Shown: positions 1-13,489 of the stretch, piece after piece | Position numbering within the stretch: position 1 is the stretch's first letter | Layout of the letters: each line of letters opens with the position of its first letter | Origin: Tubiluchus corallicola | Lineage: Eukaryota > Animalia > Priapulida | Reading direction: 5' to 3' | Length of the DNA: 64,000 nt | NCBI GenBank assembly: GCA_030141605.1 | Contig: JAQGDQ010000057.1 | Span: 682,001-746,000, forward strand | The notes under the pieces: generated by a model | What the model was told of the DNA's origin: nothing | Databases searched by the model: none | The model's input: the letters and a program-made list of their open reading frames with translations, nothing else | Position numbers and translations under genes: made by a program

Positions 1-282
1 GTCTAAGCTGCGTTTAGGTGAGCTTATTGTTGTTTGTGGCATACGACGGCCGGGTAAATCTGGGTTTGTAAATGTTTTCTAAGTTTGTTTTTGAATACTT
101 TTTGTTTTAGAACGCATTAATGCTTTTGAATACTTCACAAGCTTCCGAGCTATTCGGATCAGTAAGATGTTCATAACTTGTTTCGAATTATGTTATGATT
201 CTATTGCCACGAGCTGATTCAGAATTTTATTAAATTATCAGAAACCTTAGACAAATGACAATAGAACTGGAAAATAGAAATA

Positions 283-402
283 GACAAACACAGATACATA
301 CATACACACACACGCGCGCGCGCGGGCGCACCCTCCCTCTTACACGCGCACGCAAGCACGCACACACGCACACACGCACGCGCACCCTCACGCACACACA
401 TA
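283..402. repeat. Mixed (CA)n/(CG)n/(CACG)n low-complexity microsatellite
   Basis: acacacacacgcgcgcgcgc...cacacacgcacacacgcacg; explains the spurious ORF 219..401. Confidence 0.85.
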
Positions 403-3400
403 TAACTCTAAACTAATACTGTACTGTACTACTAAAACCCAACTATATTAATGGCCACTAGACCAATCTTAATCACTCTGCAGCATATTTATCTATACAT
501 AGATATTTAGATACATCTATTAGTGTCAAAAATACATACAATACACGAAAAAACATGTCTATACATACATATAGAGCTATAAAATCTATACATACAGTAT
601 AAATATATATATATATAAATTATTATAATGTAACAAAATTTTAACTGTAACACCAAAATGCGCTTTTCTGCTAGTATGTGAAAAATATTGCAAGTGAAGA
701 TGAACGCACATGCCTACAACTTTACAGTTTAGGTTAAATAACTGACGCATTCCATTGCTAAAAACACAGTTTTGATTACAGGGTGTGGTAGCTCGATATT
801 ACCCTGTTAGGTACCAGAATCCATTCAACATGGAAAATCCAACCTCTAATAATTTAATAAAATCAACTAGGAAATTCGGCCATATCTTTTTAATGACTTT
901 CCTTGTAAGTTGAGACCATGATTCCCTTAATCTACAGCCATCTCACCGCGAGGAAAATTCGGCGATTGATAAAGGAAAAAATATCAACGTAACAGTCGCA
1001 TTTCTCAGCAACTTTAGACTGTTTAACCCTTGCAAAGTGCAAGCAAACAAATATCTGTCCACGCTTTCTCACTATGCATTCCACATATAAACATACAGAA
1101 TGAAATCTGACGCAGAAAAAATGTGGCTTCAAGAGAAAAATGATGTAACACGCAATCAGGACAATGCCAAGGACACTTGGGTAATAATCACAGTCACGTC
1201 GAGGACCACTGAAGAATAAAAAGAAAAGCATTTGTTGCGAAATGCGCTAATATGAAACACATGTCGCATCTGATGTTACAGTAACTACAGCAACAACCTT
1301 GATTTTTCATGCTGAGCGTTAGAGACTTTTTCTCTTCGACTTAATCCGTCGACTATTGGAACTGAGCAAAACGCGTATACAAAGAAGCCATAAATACTAG
1401 TTGCGTTAGGGGGCAACTAGAGTTCACAGACTAATTAATTATAGAACTTTGCAGCTAGCAAGCAGCTCTTTTAGATTATCAGGCTATTTAGCATCAAGAC
1501 TATATGAAAAATTGGAAACCATGACTTTCAAAGAGAAAGAACACAACGTTTCAAACTACTACACATGGTTGTGATTCTGTCTCGTGTTTTTATCTACTGT
1601 GCTTCTTCTATCTACTTGTATCCTTTTTAGCGTGACATTGTTCTTGATGTGTTAATAATATAAACAAAAAGCTCCCCCAAAATAATTCCAATAATTCCTT
1701 ATGATTTTTGTCTCTCTTTATTTTTTAATTTTTCGTTCACCTGAAGAACAACTATATAGTGGTACTTTGAAATATTATGTTCTTTAATCTTTTTTCCTTG
1801 TTTATGGTTGTGGGATTTTTTTTATTCATGACTTATTTGAAATACATGTATATATTATCTTCAGTACTTATTATTTAGGAAAAGTTAAATATTTGTTTCA
1901 ATGGTTTTTCCTGATCAATGATAGGCGTTTATAATGAAGTAACGTTTTAAAATGACTTCAATGTAAACAATGTGTTGACCAGGCATGTATACAACACCGG
2001 CAACTGCAATTTCCTACACATCAACAATACCAATAACGTAAACAAAGCAACACAGGCACCCCACCCCCTCTTCAAGCCAAGAATAGGGCACAGCAATTAA
2101 TCCAGAACAAAACAGTTATACTGGAAATCGATCTCCTCATTTTTTCTATTACTTTACAGCTTTGTGCAGCACAAGCCATGGGAGCTATTAACTTTGTTGA
2201 CACAAAACACCATCATCATTACTGCCTATTTATTTGCTCATATCGATCATATGCGCTTATTTTTTTCATGCAATTAACGCCAAACTAACACGTGCAGGCT
2301 TGCAATATCTTATCTGGACAGAACTACATACTATGGGGGCCTCCACAAATCCACATACAGGTATCAAACATGGGTGACTGATGAAGTGATGGCCCTCCCG
2401 TGGAAAAATTTGCATTAGAAAGTAGACCTGTTACATTAACTACTAACAGTATCGACCGCGAGTAGGTTACTCGAGTGCAGGAGTCAACTTTCTACAAGCT
2501 TGAAAGTTCAAATATAATAAACATTCGCATGCCATTTTTACTATTTTTACAAGAACAAGGTAATACTGTTATATTGAATTTAAAAAAATCATTGTTTGAA
2601 TATTTGCGTAAAGCAAAACAAATGTGTATTGGACACTCCTAACAACAGTAAATGATCTGATCAGTATGTAAATATCATCAATTATGTAAAACAACAGGTA
2701 CTGTACTAACAATAGGCAAAGCGCTTCGCTAACCGTGAGATGCCCGTTTTACAGTTTTGCTGCACACGGCGTTGTACAGGGCGAACAAAAAACACGTGTC
2801 CATTCAACAGCTGGACTCGGCCTTATAATGCCGCATAAACTACATGTGCATCTGTCAATGCTATAAACAATTATTAGAAACTATAGAAGGTTAGAACAGC
2901 CCGACATGGACCACTGATGGCATATACGCTCATATATGTTCTCTCCCACGGCATAACCTCTACAATAAAGAAGAGAATTTTGTGTTAATTCCACTAATTC
3001 TTGTATTTAAGAATTTGCCGTAAGAATAAGTATCATCGTATTAGTGTTTAGAAAACAGCCGAGTATATTAAAATAGGCATTTCAAATAATTTAAGAGCAG
3101 GCTACTGTTAACTGGTATAAGCTTGCATTATGTTTTCTGCATAGAACTTACTGCACACGCTTTTGTCATAATTGTTTCAATTCGTATTATCGTTAGACAC
3201 ACACAACTACATAATATGAATACGCTACCAACGCTAAAGTACGTCAGATTTATAATAGCAACTGTTGCCTATCAGTTGGCAGTGAAAAGACAACAAGCCG
3301 TAACTTATTACATGTATTCAATTTTTATATTTTGCAACATGAATTCTGAATAATTCTGAGAATCTGCAAGAAAAAATGAGCTCTAGCCCACACTTCTATT

Positions 3401-6400
3401 TCATTGATCAGCCAAACGATGGCGCTACGCGCAAAAAGTCGTCTGTAGAGGGCATCCATTCTATTAAGTTAATGGCAGCTGATCAACGCTGTACAAATGA
3501 AAACCACTTCTACGAAAGACTAAATAGAAACAAAACTGAAGTAAAACGAACAAAACTTTCAGATCTACTTCTGCGTTTCCATGCAAATTATACGAGCGAC
3601 AGTCTAAATATGAAGAAGACTTAACAGATAATGATTATACATGTATCAATAAGAAAACCACGTAACTCTAATTTCAATTTCATAGAACCATTTTGATACA
3701 TTCTCCAGAGATCACTTAAATAGTTATTACTTGGAAATAAATCTTTCCCAAGCAAGCTCCTAATTGTTTGGACATGCACAATCGCAACGACAAACAATGA
3801 CCTTTGTCCAGTGCTGTTAGACCTGACCATCGCTTACAATCTGTTCTCATATAATCGCTCTCAGGGCATAATTCTATTGTTCATAATCCACATCGAATAA
3901 TGCTAATTTCATGCAAGCTAGGCACACGCTAGATACAGTCATCAGTTATTATCGGGGCTGATCTAAAATCGCAGGAGGGCTAAGCAATTCAATCGAATTC
4001 ACACACAATGTACATTGTACATGACTGTGCAGAAAATTGCAAAGTACTCATAAATTCGACAACTTTCTATTCCTTTACGTTCCATTTTCCCACTCAGCCT
4101 CTTTCCAAGTCACCCACCCACGCCCTACTATCTAACAACCAAATTCGCAATTTTAATCGAACACTCGCAGCGTTCGTTTAGCAGTTTCATTAAAATCGCA
4201 AACCAAAATTGACTGACAGCAAAATGCAGTCGTCCGATTTCAGCAAATATGAGATTTTCAGTCAGAATTTTCCAAATGTGTTTTGTCAATAACTGCGCTT
4301 TTCGAGTGTACTAAATGTGAAATACAAATAAACCTGCGTTTACAACAACCTATAATAAATGTAGAATACGCCTGCACCAAATACGACAACAGCAAGTTGC
4401 GAAACTTTACCAATTTGTTATGTAACTGGAAAATTTTAGCGAACAGTGATAAGTGACCTCCATAAAAAGTTATTAGACAATAACAGGTTGATGTGCTGTG
4501 CAGTACATATTGTTAATAATTTATTACTCCTAATTAGTATTTAAATGAAAAGTTAGAAACCGTTTGTGGTGTTTTAAGCAGGAAAAGCAAAAAGAATGAA
4601 ATTGTTTACATGTTTTGTCACAAGTGAGCAGTTTTGCAAAAATGTCTTTTATGACAACATGCCACAAGCAGTTTATTCTGCTAATGTCTTCTGTTTAGTA
4701 CACAACAACAAGTTTGCTGAAAACTGCACTTACTTGCTACATAATGTTGTTCCTACTGTTTTATATGTTTTTTATTTACCTTGTGTGCAATGATAAGCTG
4801 CATATTTCGTGCTTAATTAGTGATTGCGTTATCAATAAAAAATGAAAGAAAGTAGCTATTCTGACGATTTTGTATTTTTTCTTTTTTCTGTAGAGACAGT
4901 ATTCAGTAGTGACAGTATTGAAGCATTGTTTTTTAACTTTCATTTCCTTGTTGTTAGATTTTTTCTGTTGGTGCGATACATGTATTTAAAACATTAATGA
5001 CACGTAGCCTACACGTGGTGCGACATAACATTGCCCAGAAACATAAACAATACACTGCACACTAAGACAAAATTTACAAGTTTCAACGTTTTAGAATTTA
5101 TAAGTTCTAAGCAATTCATTCAAACCAAACAAACGAAGATTTCTGTTGCAGAATTACATGTGCACGAGTTTACTAAAATATTATCACTTTAATCTCTCTT
5201 CTCTTCGCTGTAGCTAAAACGTAAATCAATACATAATGCTACAGCATAGCAGCTTGCACACAATGACCGCTACACCTGTGAATAAATTAATGATTAACGA
5301 AATTTCATACAGGTACTGCATCAGCCTAGGTGACAACTCATAATAATAACACACAAGATAATGATTCTAATGAGACTGATCATATAGAGACAACAACGAT
5401 AGTAACGATGTAGAGAGTGCTAGCGGCAGTGATTGAGGTAACCAAAAAATAATGGCGACAATAACAACGGTATGACGCTCCAAATGAAAAAGGCGCTTTC
5501 ATCAGTGGTAGTGGCGATGGCTTTGATGCTATTGAAAAGCAATACAAAATGCATAAAATAGCAATGATTTGTGGAATAAAATAAAACAAAATTTGAACAT
5601 ACTTAAAAATATGAACAATTGGGCAGAACTGACATGCGCTAGTTTTGAACACTGTGCAAGCTGTCATATCGCAGTAGTAAATTGTCAGAATTTTGAGTGT
5701 GTCTTTGTAGCCCGAGTTCTAAAAAACTTGTAGGTGCCTAAATAACTAGGACGTTACTGTCCTATCTGGGCTTCCTTGCTATCCTATCCTTAAAAGCAGT
5801 ACCCATTTAAGGAAATACAAACTGGCCGCAATCATCTTCGTCTCTTCTACTTAAGCTCTGTTGTTGTAAAAAAAACCTGCTGGTTAATATTTTATGACCC
5901 GACTCTTCGACATCCTGCGTTCCCTAATTCTAATTGATGTCGTCTAGGCAAAGACGAGTGCAACACCAAATCTACATTTTCTGCTCATAAAATCCCATGA
6001 TAATGACCGTGAATAAAAGCTAATGACTTTATAATGACGACATTGAATATAGCACACATCCGGGCATTCTACGTTCTGGCTGGGCGTCTGGGTTTTAATC
6101 GCATTACTTAGTCTGGTTTTGCGGGACTGTTTCGTACCCAAGTTTATCCATTTTTTAAAATTTATCCTTCTAAACCAGATATTGATTATTCTTTGTAGTT
6201 GGCTTAGAGGTTCCATCGAACAGTAAAGACATTATAATAAAAGGCTACAGTGCAACTGAAAAACATTTAAGTTTTCTATGTTTAATTAGAAAACCGTGTG
6301 TTATCTTTGTACTACGTACAAGTAAGTTTTACGTTTCATTTGCACCCTCCTGACATTACAAAACACACAACTGTATGAACTCATTACTTGTACAAACTAA

Positions 6401-9392
6401 ATAAAAAAGCAAAGTACTCCTTCATTATCTTATCGAAGTAGCAAAACACGTACTGACCCACTGAAACCTTCTAACTTTACATAAAGTGCGTTTATTTACA
6501 CACACATTCATATTTGCCAGACGACTCAAGAGCGTTCAGTCAGCACCACTGCATGCTCTTTAAATCACGTGACTTGAGTTTACAATCGTGACAGACTTGC
6601 TGTAGGGCTACCCTTTAAATCAGCTGATAATAAAAAAGCGATATGAAATCTATAAACCGCACGCATACCTACGTTTTTTGCAGACAAAGAAATTGTGAAG
6701 TATTTTTAATAGAAAAGCAACTGTAAAATATCGTCACATTTCATGCCAGATAGGTAATCATATGTTGCTACAAACATCCATAAGAACATGACCTTCACGT
6801 TTACATTCAAACAAGTGAGATAAATACGGGCCATTTTTATTAAACGCCGGAAGTTTAGCCCTTAGTTTGGGCCAGAAATATGGCAATGGTAGGATATATG
6901 TAAATTTGTTCTGGCATAAATAAAGCCAATCAAGGCAAATCTCTGTTCTGACTGTAAAAGAGCGTCTAGCCAAAAAATTATCCAGTTATTCTCGTTGCGT
7001 ATACAAGCAGCAGCCTGCAAAAGCTAGAAAAACGCGACACGCAGTTTTATAAGCAGTCATTAGGAATGGTTTTTTAATCACTTTTCGTCTTATTAATTTG
7101 CCCCACGTCTGGGTTCAACGACACTTATGACACGCTTGCCAAAATCAATTAATATAACAAAAGTAATTCCTTAAAGACCTGGGTATGATTCATACACACA
7201 GTCTGCTGTATATACAGTCTGTAGTGATTTTACAGCCTAGCACTATTGTGCGCCCAGGCAATGTTGCAAACTGGATTTTTGCTGTTTGGCTTCAACACAT
7301 GCCAACCATTCATAAAATGGAAATGTTTAAAAAAACTGCCTCCACGTCAAACGCCCTCCTAAACATGAAAAGATTTAGTTAAAGGTCTCCTTAATTTAAG
7401 ACGCAGCATGAGTGAGAAATTAGTTCAGATTACAAAGCTCCGCATTCCTATACCAAGCCTCCAGGCGTTCCAATCAACAACACATTTCGCACGTGCATTG
7501 CGCAATTAATTTTAAATTAAAATCACTCCCCATTTTAGTAGGTGCTGCTGCGCTCGGTAATCGAAATGCCGCACAATGTGACACGTGCATGCCTTTTTAA
7601 AGTATTTATGAAAACTGCAACAAATACATCAATTACTGAAAATATGAATTAGATAAGATTAGATTAGATTACTTTATTTTATCTCCTACATGCACAATAA
7701 ATATCAATAAAATTTAACATCAACATCAGCATTACAATTTGGAAAAAAGGATGACGATAAAAGCACATAGGCTACCGATTCAGCCAGCTTTCTTATCAAA
7801 ATTAATAGTCTCTAGCGGCAGTTAAATGTGGGTTTAAAGGATATTTAAATTTAAGCTTAATTTACTACAAACTATAATAATAATAATAATAATGATGATG
7901 ATGATAATAATAAATCATAGTTTTTTAAAAAGTTCGACGCCAGCAGAACTGCCTTTGCTTAAACTACTTGCAAACATGCTTAGAAAATATTCATTTTGTT
8001 TAAGTATTACATATTTTTGTAATTTATTATAAATAATCACATTGTTGTAATTAATGATATTATTATCTATTAGTATATTATACATGTACACATATTAATG
8101 TATTATACACACATGTATGATTTATGTATGTCGGAGTAAATTTATATTAATACATACTGTATTCAGGGCTGGATTACCCTATAGGCTACCTTAGACTGCA
8201 GCCTAGGGCCCCTCAAGCTTGTTTGCTTGTTGGAAATGCATTACGCAAAAAACAGGAACTATATCCCTCGATTCAGATGTGGTTCAGTTGTGATGTGGTG
8301 CACACATTCGAGAGCTCATGCGTGAGTATGGCGATTAACTTGAAATTTAAATTTTTAAACTTAAAATTTGTAAAAGTTTGTGCATCGCACTAATGCTGTA
8401 CAGTAGCACTGTAATTCAATTTTCACGCTTGTGGAATGTTTGTGCTGTTGAAAATTATGTTCAGTTATGACATCATCATGGTTCACCCGTCGTTAATAAG
8501 GTTTTTAACATATTACTTAATTATCAGGAACACTTTGTCATTAATAAAGGTATAAAAAATATACTTTTTACCATACTTCAAAAACTTCAAAAAGGGTGGA
8601 ATATAAAAAATCATTCTGTTTTCCTATAAAACAGTCAAACTTAATACAATTTTACACTTCATTCATTAAATGTGCAAAATTATGCACTTGTAGATAAAAC
8701 TTGTTAAAACTTTTGCAACTAAAATACTAGAAATTGACATGATTGCATATACTGTAATTTTATGTTTTCTAGACTTTACCTAGTATAGGCCAATATCACA
8801 ATAAAACATAATATATATGTAGACTATGCATAATGTGTGTATATGTTGCAAAGTATATTCAGACCTACCTTGATAAACTTATAAGGTCTCTTATATATGG
8901 TGTTCATGTGATATTACTTATGCTCCCTTGACTAACCTGCATCTCTAACCATATTCTTCTCTATGGACACCTTAATTTCATGCTTTGCCTTGTCTTGCCT
9001 ACCCATTCTCACTACCAATGTTGTACTTACAAGATTTCCTGTCAGCGCTCGTTGAAGCATTTTAATTGCAGACAATTAGTTTTTTCAGTATGCCAATTTG
9101 TAATTACTTGTCATGTATCATTATATGCACATTGCTTTTTGTGAAAAATAAATAAACTAAAACTAAAGAAATACAACAACAAAAACAACAACAGCACACT
9201 TAAAGCTTACAATTCAATACCATGGATGATTAAATCAACAAGACTGTATTTAGCAGTACTGATTGGCTTTGATTGTCACTCCCCTACTTATTAGGCCCAA
9301 CTAATGACAGAAACACAGTTTCTTCAAGAAATACATTTACACATAAACACTTCTAAAAAAAACAAGAAAAAAATAAATAATCAGTTTCCTAC

Positions 9393-10367
9393 CTGGAAAA
9401 AATTGCCATCCCCTCTACCATCTTGCTCTGGCCCAGTAATTTCAAACGTCGGATTCTGGGGCATTCCTAGATGCGAAATGGTCTTTCCTGGCAAAGACGT
9501 GCTTCTACGGAATTTTGATGGTGATATCATCGGCATCGCTTGCTGACTACCTGTTTTCTTCATTGGGGAGATAGGGTTGAGGTTTGGCACCGATCTTCGA
9601 TTCATAGAATTCAGAGACATCGTATTATTCCATATACCAGGTGACAAGTTCGCCTGGGACTGTGGACTAGACCACGTTGACTGTTGTGGATTACTCCAGC
9701 TTGTGTATGACTTTGTTGTTAAGAAAGGGTTTGACTGATGCTGCTGTTGCTGCTGTGGTTGTGGTTGCCGCTGTTGTGGAAAATTATGCTGAGCTGTAAT
9801 TGCACGCCGCTGCTGAGATAAAGAGCCTTGCTGCTGTTGTGGAATTGTCATTTGTGCCTGTGGGCCTAAAAGATTACTGCCGTTGAACATTGGATTTGCT
9901 GGAGGAAAGTTCTGAAACTGTAGTGACCCATGGCCATTCATCGTCGGAAGTCGGTGCTGCATAAATGTGTCTTCTCCTGCACCAGTCGACCAAAATCCTG
10001 GTGAAGATGTAATGACATTACTCTGCTCCGAAATCCCGGGCAAAGGTAACTGAGTGCCACTGCCAATTGACTCGTTAAGTTTTCTGTCGTGTTCATGAAC
10101 AGAACTTACCGGACTAGATCCTTCACTCTTCGACTTGTTTAACGAAAGTTCATCAAAAGATTGTTCTAAGTTATTGTGGTCCTGGTTAGGTGATAGCTGG
10201 CTGTGGGTCTTACCACTTCCACTCGGTTTGTCAAGCAGCAGCTCATCTTGCATTGTATTTGGAATGGGTTCAGGAAAAAACAAAGACGTGCTGTTTAGGT
10301 TGTTATGCAAATCTACCGGGGATAACTCTCTCACGTTTGAGTTCAGGTTGTAGACAAACTCCCCCAT
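9393..10367 (-). CDS. CPEB: CPEB2/3/4 (Orb2-type) cytoplasmic polyadenylation element-binding protein, first coding exon (disordered N-terminal half); RRM/ZZ exons lie beyond the left edge
   Basis: MQDELLLDK resembles the CPEB3 start MQDDLLMDK; LNPISPMKK resembles CPEB4 LNSISPLKK; exon ends GNFFQ with phase-0 donor CAG|GTAGGA (intron from 9392), as in CPEB2-4 exon 1; Q/S/P/N-rich. Neighbours MARCH5 as in vertebrates. Homology from recall, not a search. Confidence 0.88.
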
Positions 10368-10533
10368 TAGACAGGCGGTCTTCTAAAAACCTCCTCCCAA
10401 AACGTATATAACGACAACTAACCAGCTGACTGACTAGACTAGAGAAAATACACACACAGACACCGTCTTGCTCCTTTCCTCAGCTGTAGAACGGCGTAAT
10501 CGATGACGCGACAGTTTTGTTTAGCAAAGTTAG

Positions 10534-10541
10534 TGACGTCA
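10534..10541. promoter_or_regulatory. Palindromic CRE (TGACGTCA) in a CpG-rich segment upstream of the CPEB ATG
   Basis: Exact TGACGTCA with nearby TGACGC half-site and CGCGCGCA/CGCGCACG; function inferred. Confidence 0.4.
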
Positions 10542-12301
10542 TGACAAATCGATATGTTGAGGCGTGGATTCGAATAGAATCAGTCAATAACACGCGCGCA
10601 GTCGCGCACGATCACAGCGCCTGTAAACAGAATTACAAGAAAATGTAAAACTGCTAAAACTCTACGTAATTAACAATACTACTAACGTTTATGTTAATTG
10701 AGTCAATTATAATAAAAAGTTTAGTAATTGGTAGAGTCATATTACTGTTTTTTTTGTTCTTTTAAATAATAAAATTTATGGTAAAGGAAATCACAAATCT
10801 TACACAGTATAATAAATTCCAGATTTTTGCCTTTTTCCGGTAAGAATTAATTATTCCAGAATTTTTCCTTGTGAGCGATGCTAATAAATTTTTATTCTTG
10901 ATGAGAAATAATGATTTAGAAGTAATTAAGGCATTTAACAATTATGTTGAAAAAGCGTTTTTAAGATACAATGAATAATATACTACGTTATGTACAGCTA
11001 CAATGTTATAATCATATCATTAAAAATAAGGCCTAATGAATGACAACTTATTTTAAATACTAATCATTACGCTTTTCATTAAATAACTAATATAACCAAC
11101 AGGAAGATCTAACAATATTCGTTTTATTAGTAATTGTTTTGTTTGTATAATTATAGTGTCATTATATTTCATAATTGAAATTGTATATATGTCTTGTATT
11201 TTGTATATTTCAAAATTGAAATTGTATATATGTCTTGTATGTATTTTTGACACTAATAAATAAATATCTAAATATAATGATATGCTCTTTTTACATGTAC
11301 GAAATAAATTCAAAATATCTAATAAAAAATTTAATTTAAGTGAAAGTAACAAATCCTGGCTTGTAAGCAAACTTGCAATAGAAACATGCTAAAAATAATA
11401 AGACTATTATTGTTTGTGTGCTTAAAATTTAAAACTTAAGCTCATAATGAAAAATCTGTCGACTAATAAAAACAAATAAAAATGAACTGCTATAGAGCTG
11501 ATATAATGTTAAAAGTTTTTAATCATAATATTTAAATTTCCCTTATTAGACTCATTGAGAGATCAGTGCATCTTACCATCTTTATATATTCATTAATTTT
11601 AACTATGACATATTTTATCATTGATCTTATCAACTTTTTCAAATGGACTAAAAACAATGAAAAATACAAATATTGGTGATAGGGAAAAGGAATTCTTAAA
11701 ATAAATATACATTGTAAATACACACTGTAACTCATAAATACACAAATATATACACAAGTTTAACAGCAAAAGGGAGACGATGTGGATACTGTTAATATTT
11801 AGGTAATACAGAGATGTACTGAGAAAGTATAGGAAGTTATGGGATAAAAACCTATTATACAAATTAAAACACTAATAAGAATTTTGTATATATTTAGTCA
11901 TACACTTAATAGTCCAAAAAAGCCATGCTATTGGCAATGCTAGAAATTTTCAATTTTGTCACTTTGAGCACAGACTTCATGTAGCATTTATGAACTTATT
12001 AATAGGAGCATAACTGCATATTAAAATTCAAATAAATGTAATAAATCCACGTAATAACACATAGATGATAATGGTGCTAGCATTTCTGTCATTTGAGCAT
12101 AACCCAGTAAGCAGAGAGATTTATTGGTAAAACTCACTATTGGTACTGTTACAATAAATCTGATGCTGAGGTTGCATAAGAAAGTGTAATGTCATAAAGA
12201 AAAAAACTGGCATAAAAATGTTAAGTTAACACATTTATAGAAAATTGATTACTAAAGCAAATTGAACAGTGTACTATTTATGATGTTGTTTGAAGCAAAA
12301 A

Positions 12302-12632
12302 TTCTTCTTCTCCTCCTTCTGTTGCTCTGAACATCTGTTGCAGACATAGAACCGCTATCCTTTATTAGAGCATCCCACTGTTTCCTGTCTGCAGCTAGAA
12401 TTTTCAATTCCTGTGATGCTATTGTTAGGTTTGGTTCCAGCTGCTGTAAATCTCTATTAATTCATGATATCCAGGTCGTTTTTTATTTGCCTGGGTGCCG
12501 TTTAGTAGGTTTCACTGTCTTGCTTAATGCTAATCCTACTGGTGTTATTTCTGGCAATCTCATTACATGTCCTGCCCATCTTAGTCTTCTGATTTTTGCG
12601 CTCCAATGTTCTTCTTTAGTTCTGTTATACAG
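12302..12632 (-). mobile_element. RTE-clade LINE 3' fragment
   Basis: Minus strand reads LYNRTKEEHWSAKIRRLRWAGHVMRLPEITP...RHPGK*KTTW...AADRKQW followed by a GAA-rich tail. Confidence 0.75.
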
Positions 12633-13159
12633 CCTGCTCATGCATGTTTACAGGGGTCAACATACCCTCACAGCGTGGCAAGTCCGCATCCTTGTCAGTA
12701 CCACTTTAAAGGAACACACTAGTGATAATGTGTTAGTCTCAGATGGTCGACCATGATTGGTCTCGAATTTTATCACGCGACCTTTGACAGTTCAGTTGAT
12801 GCAACTCGGTAGCATATGACTGAAGTAGACATACAAAGTTTACGTTAATCTTCTTCTGCATTGCTCTGTCTCGACTCTACCTTGTGTGAACTGTAGATCA
12901 TTTGAGCGATGACCTAAATTATTGTTATTGCTTTCTCAGTTTAAAGTATTCCCAGTTCTGCTATTAGTCGTAGCAAATGATTAATGAAAATCGTTTTACC
13001 TGTTACTGATAGAGGGCAAACCTGTGGTCCGCGAAGACTTTTTGTACTCGTGACGCAGCATAAGTTTACACTAGAAACTCGAAAATTTTTATCTTATTTT
13101 GATAAAATTTTAGGTTTAGTACACTACAGTCAGGTTTATACTATACTAGAGACATGTAA

Positions 13160-13284
13160 ATGGCAGATAATGGGATAGACCAAGCAGATATGGGTGAAGC
13201 AGGCAGCTTTGATCGAAGTGGTGTAACGGCTGAAGCCAGTCAATCTTATAAAACGAGTCAGAGTGATGACGGAAATAGTGCTAG
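13160..13284 (+). CDS. MARCHF5: MARCH5 exon 1 (putative)
   Basis: ATG GCA GAT...MADNGIDQADMGEAGSFDRSGVTAEASQSYKTSQSDDGNSA(R); donor AG|GTATGA in phase 2, matching the phase-2 start of the RING exon; the peptide itself is not conserved. Confidence 0.7.
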
Positions 13285-13489
13285 GTATGAATTCGTACTA
13301 TTGCCCACATAAACCGTTATAATGGTGAATGGAGATTAAAATATGAGCTTATACTACTCGCGTCCTCCACATATTTTCATCCATAGTCTATTTGCTAGTT
13401 GAAGATCTTGATAGATATAGATTATTTTGTACATTTGTTGGTTAAATACAGTAACTACAAGAGAACATCTTGATTGCGAAACTTGCTTC

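Noticed and set aside
935-965. HDV-like (CPEB3-type) ribozyme in the CPEB intron, prompted by minus-strand TCCTCGCGGT
   Set aside because: No P3 partner or P1/P2 pairing could be built; the mammalian ribozyme is in a different intron
932-1231. ORF containing FSGPRR behind a strong acceptor, as CPEB exon 2 or an IDE duplicate
   Set aside because: Phase-0 reading stops after four codons; no similarity beyond six residues
8164-8212. hAT-like MITE left end (CAGGGCTGGATT...TAGGGCCCC); similar degenerate end at 56553
   Set aside because: No matching right TIR or TSD found, so not listed as a feature
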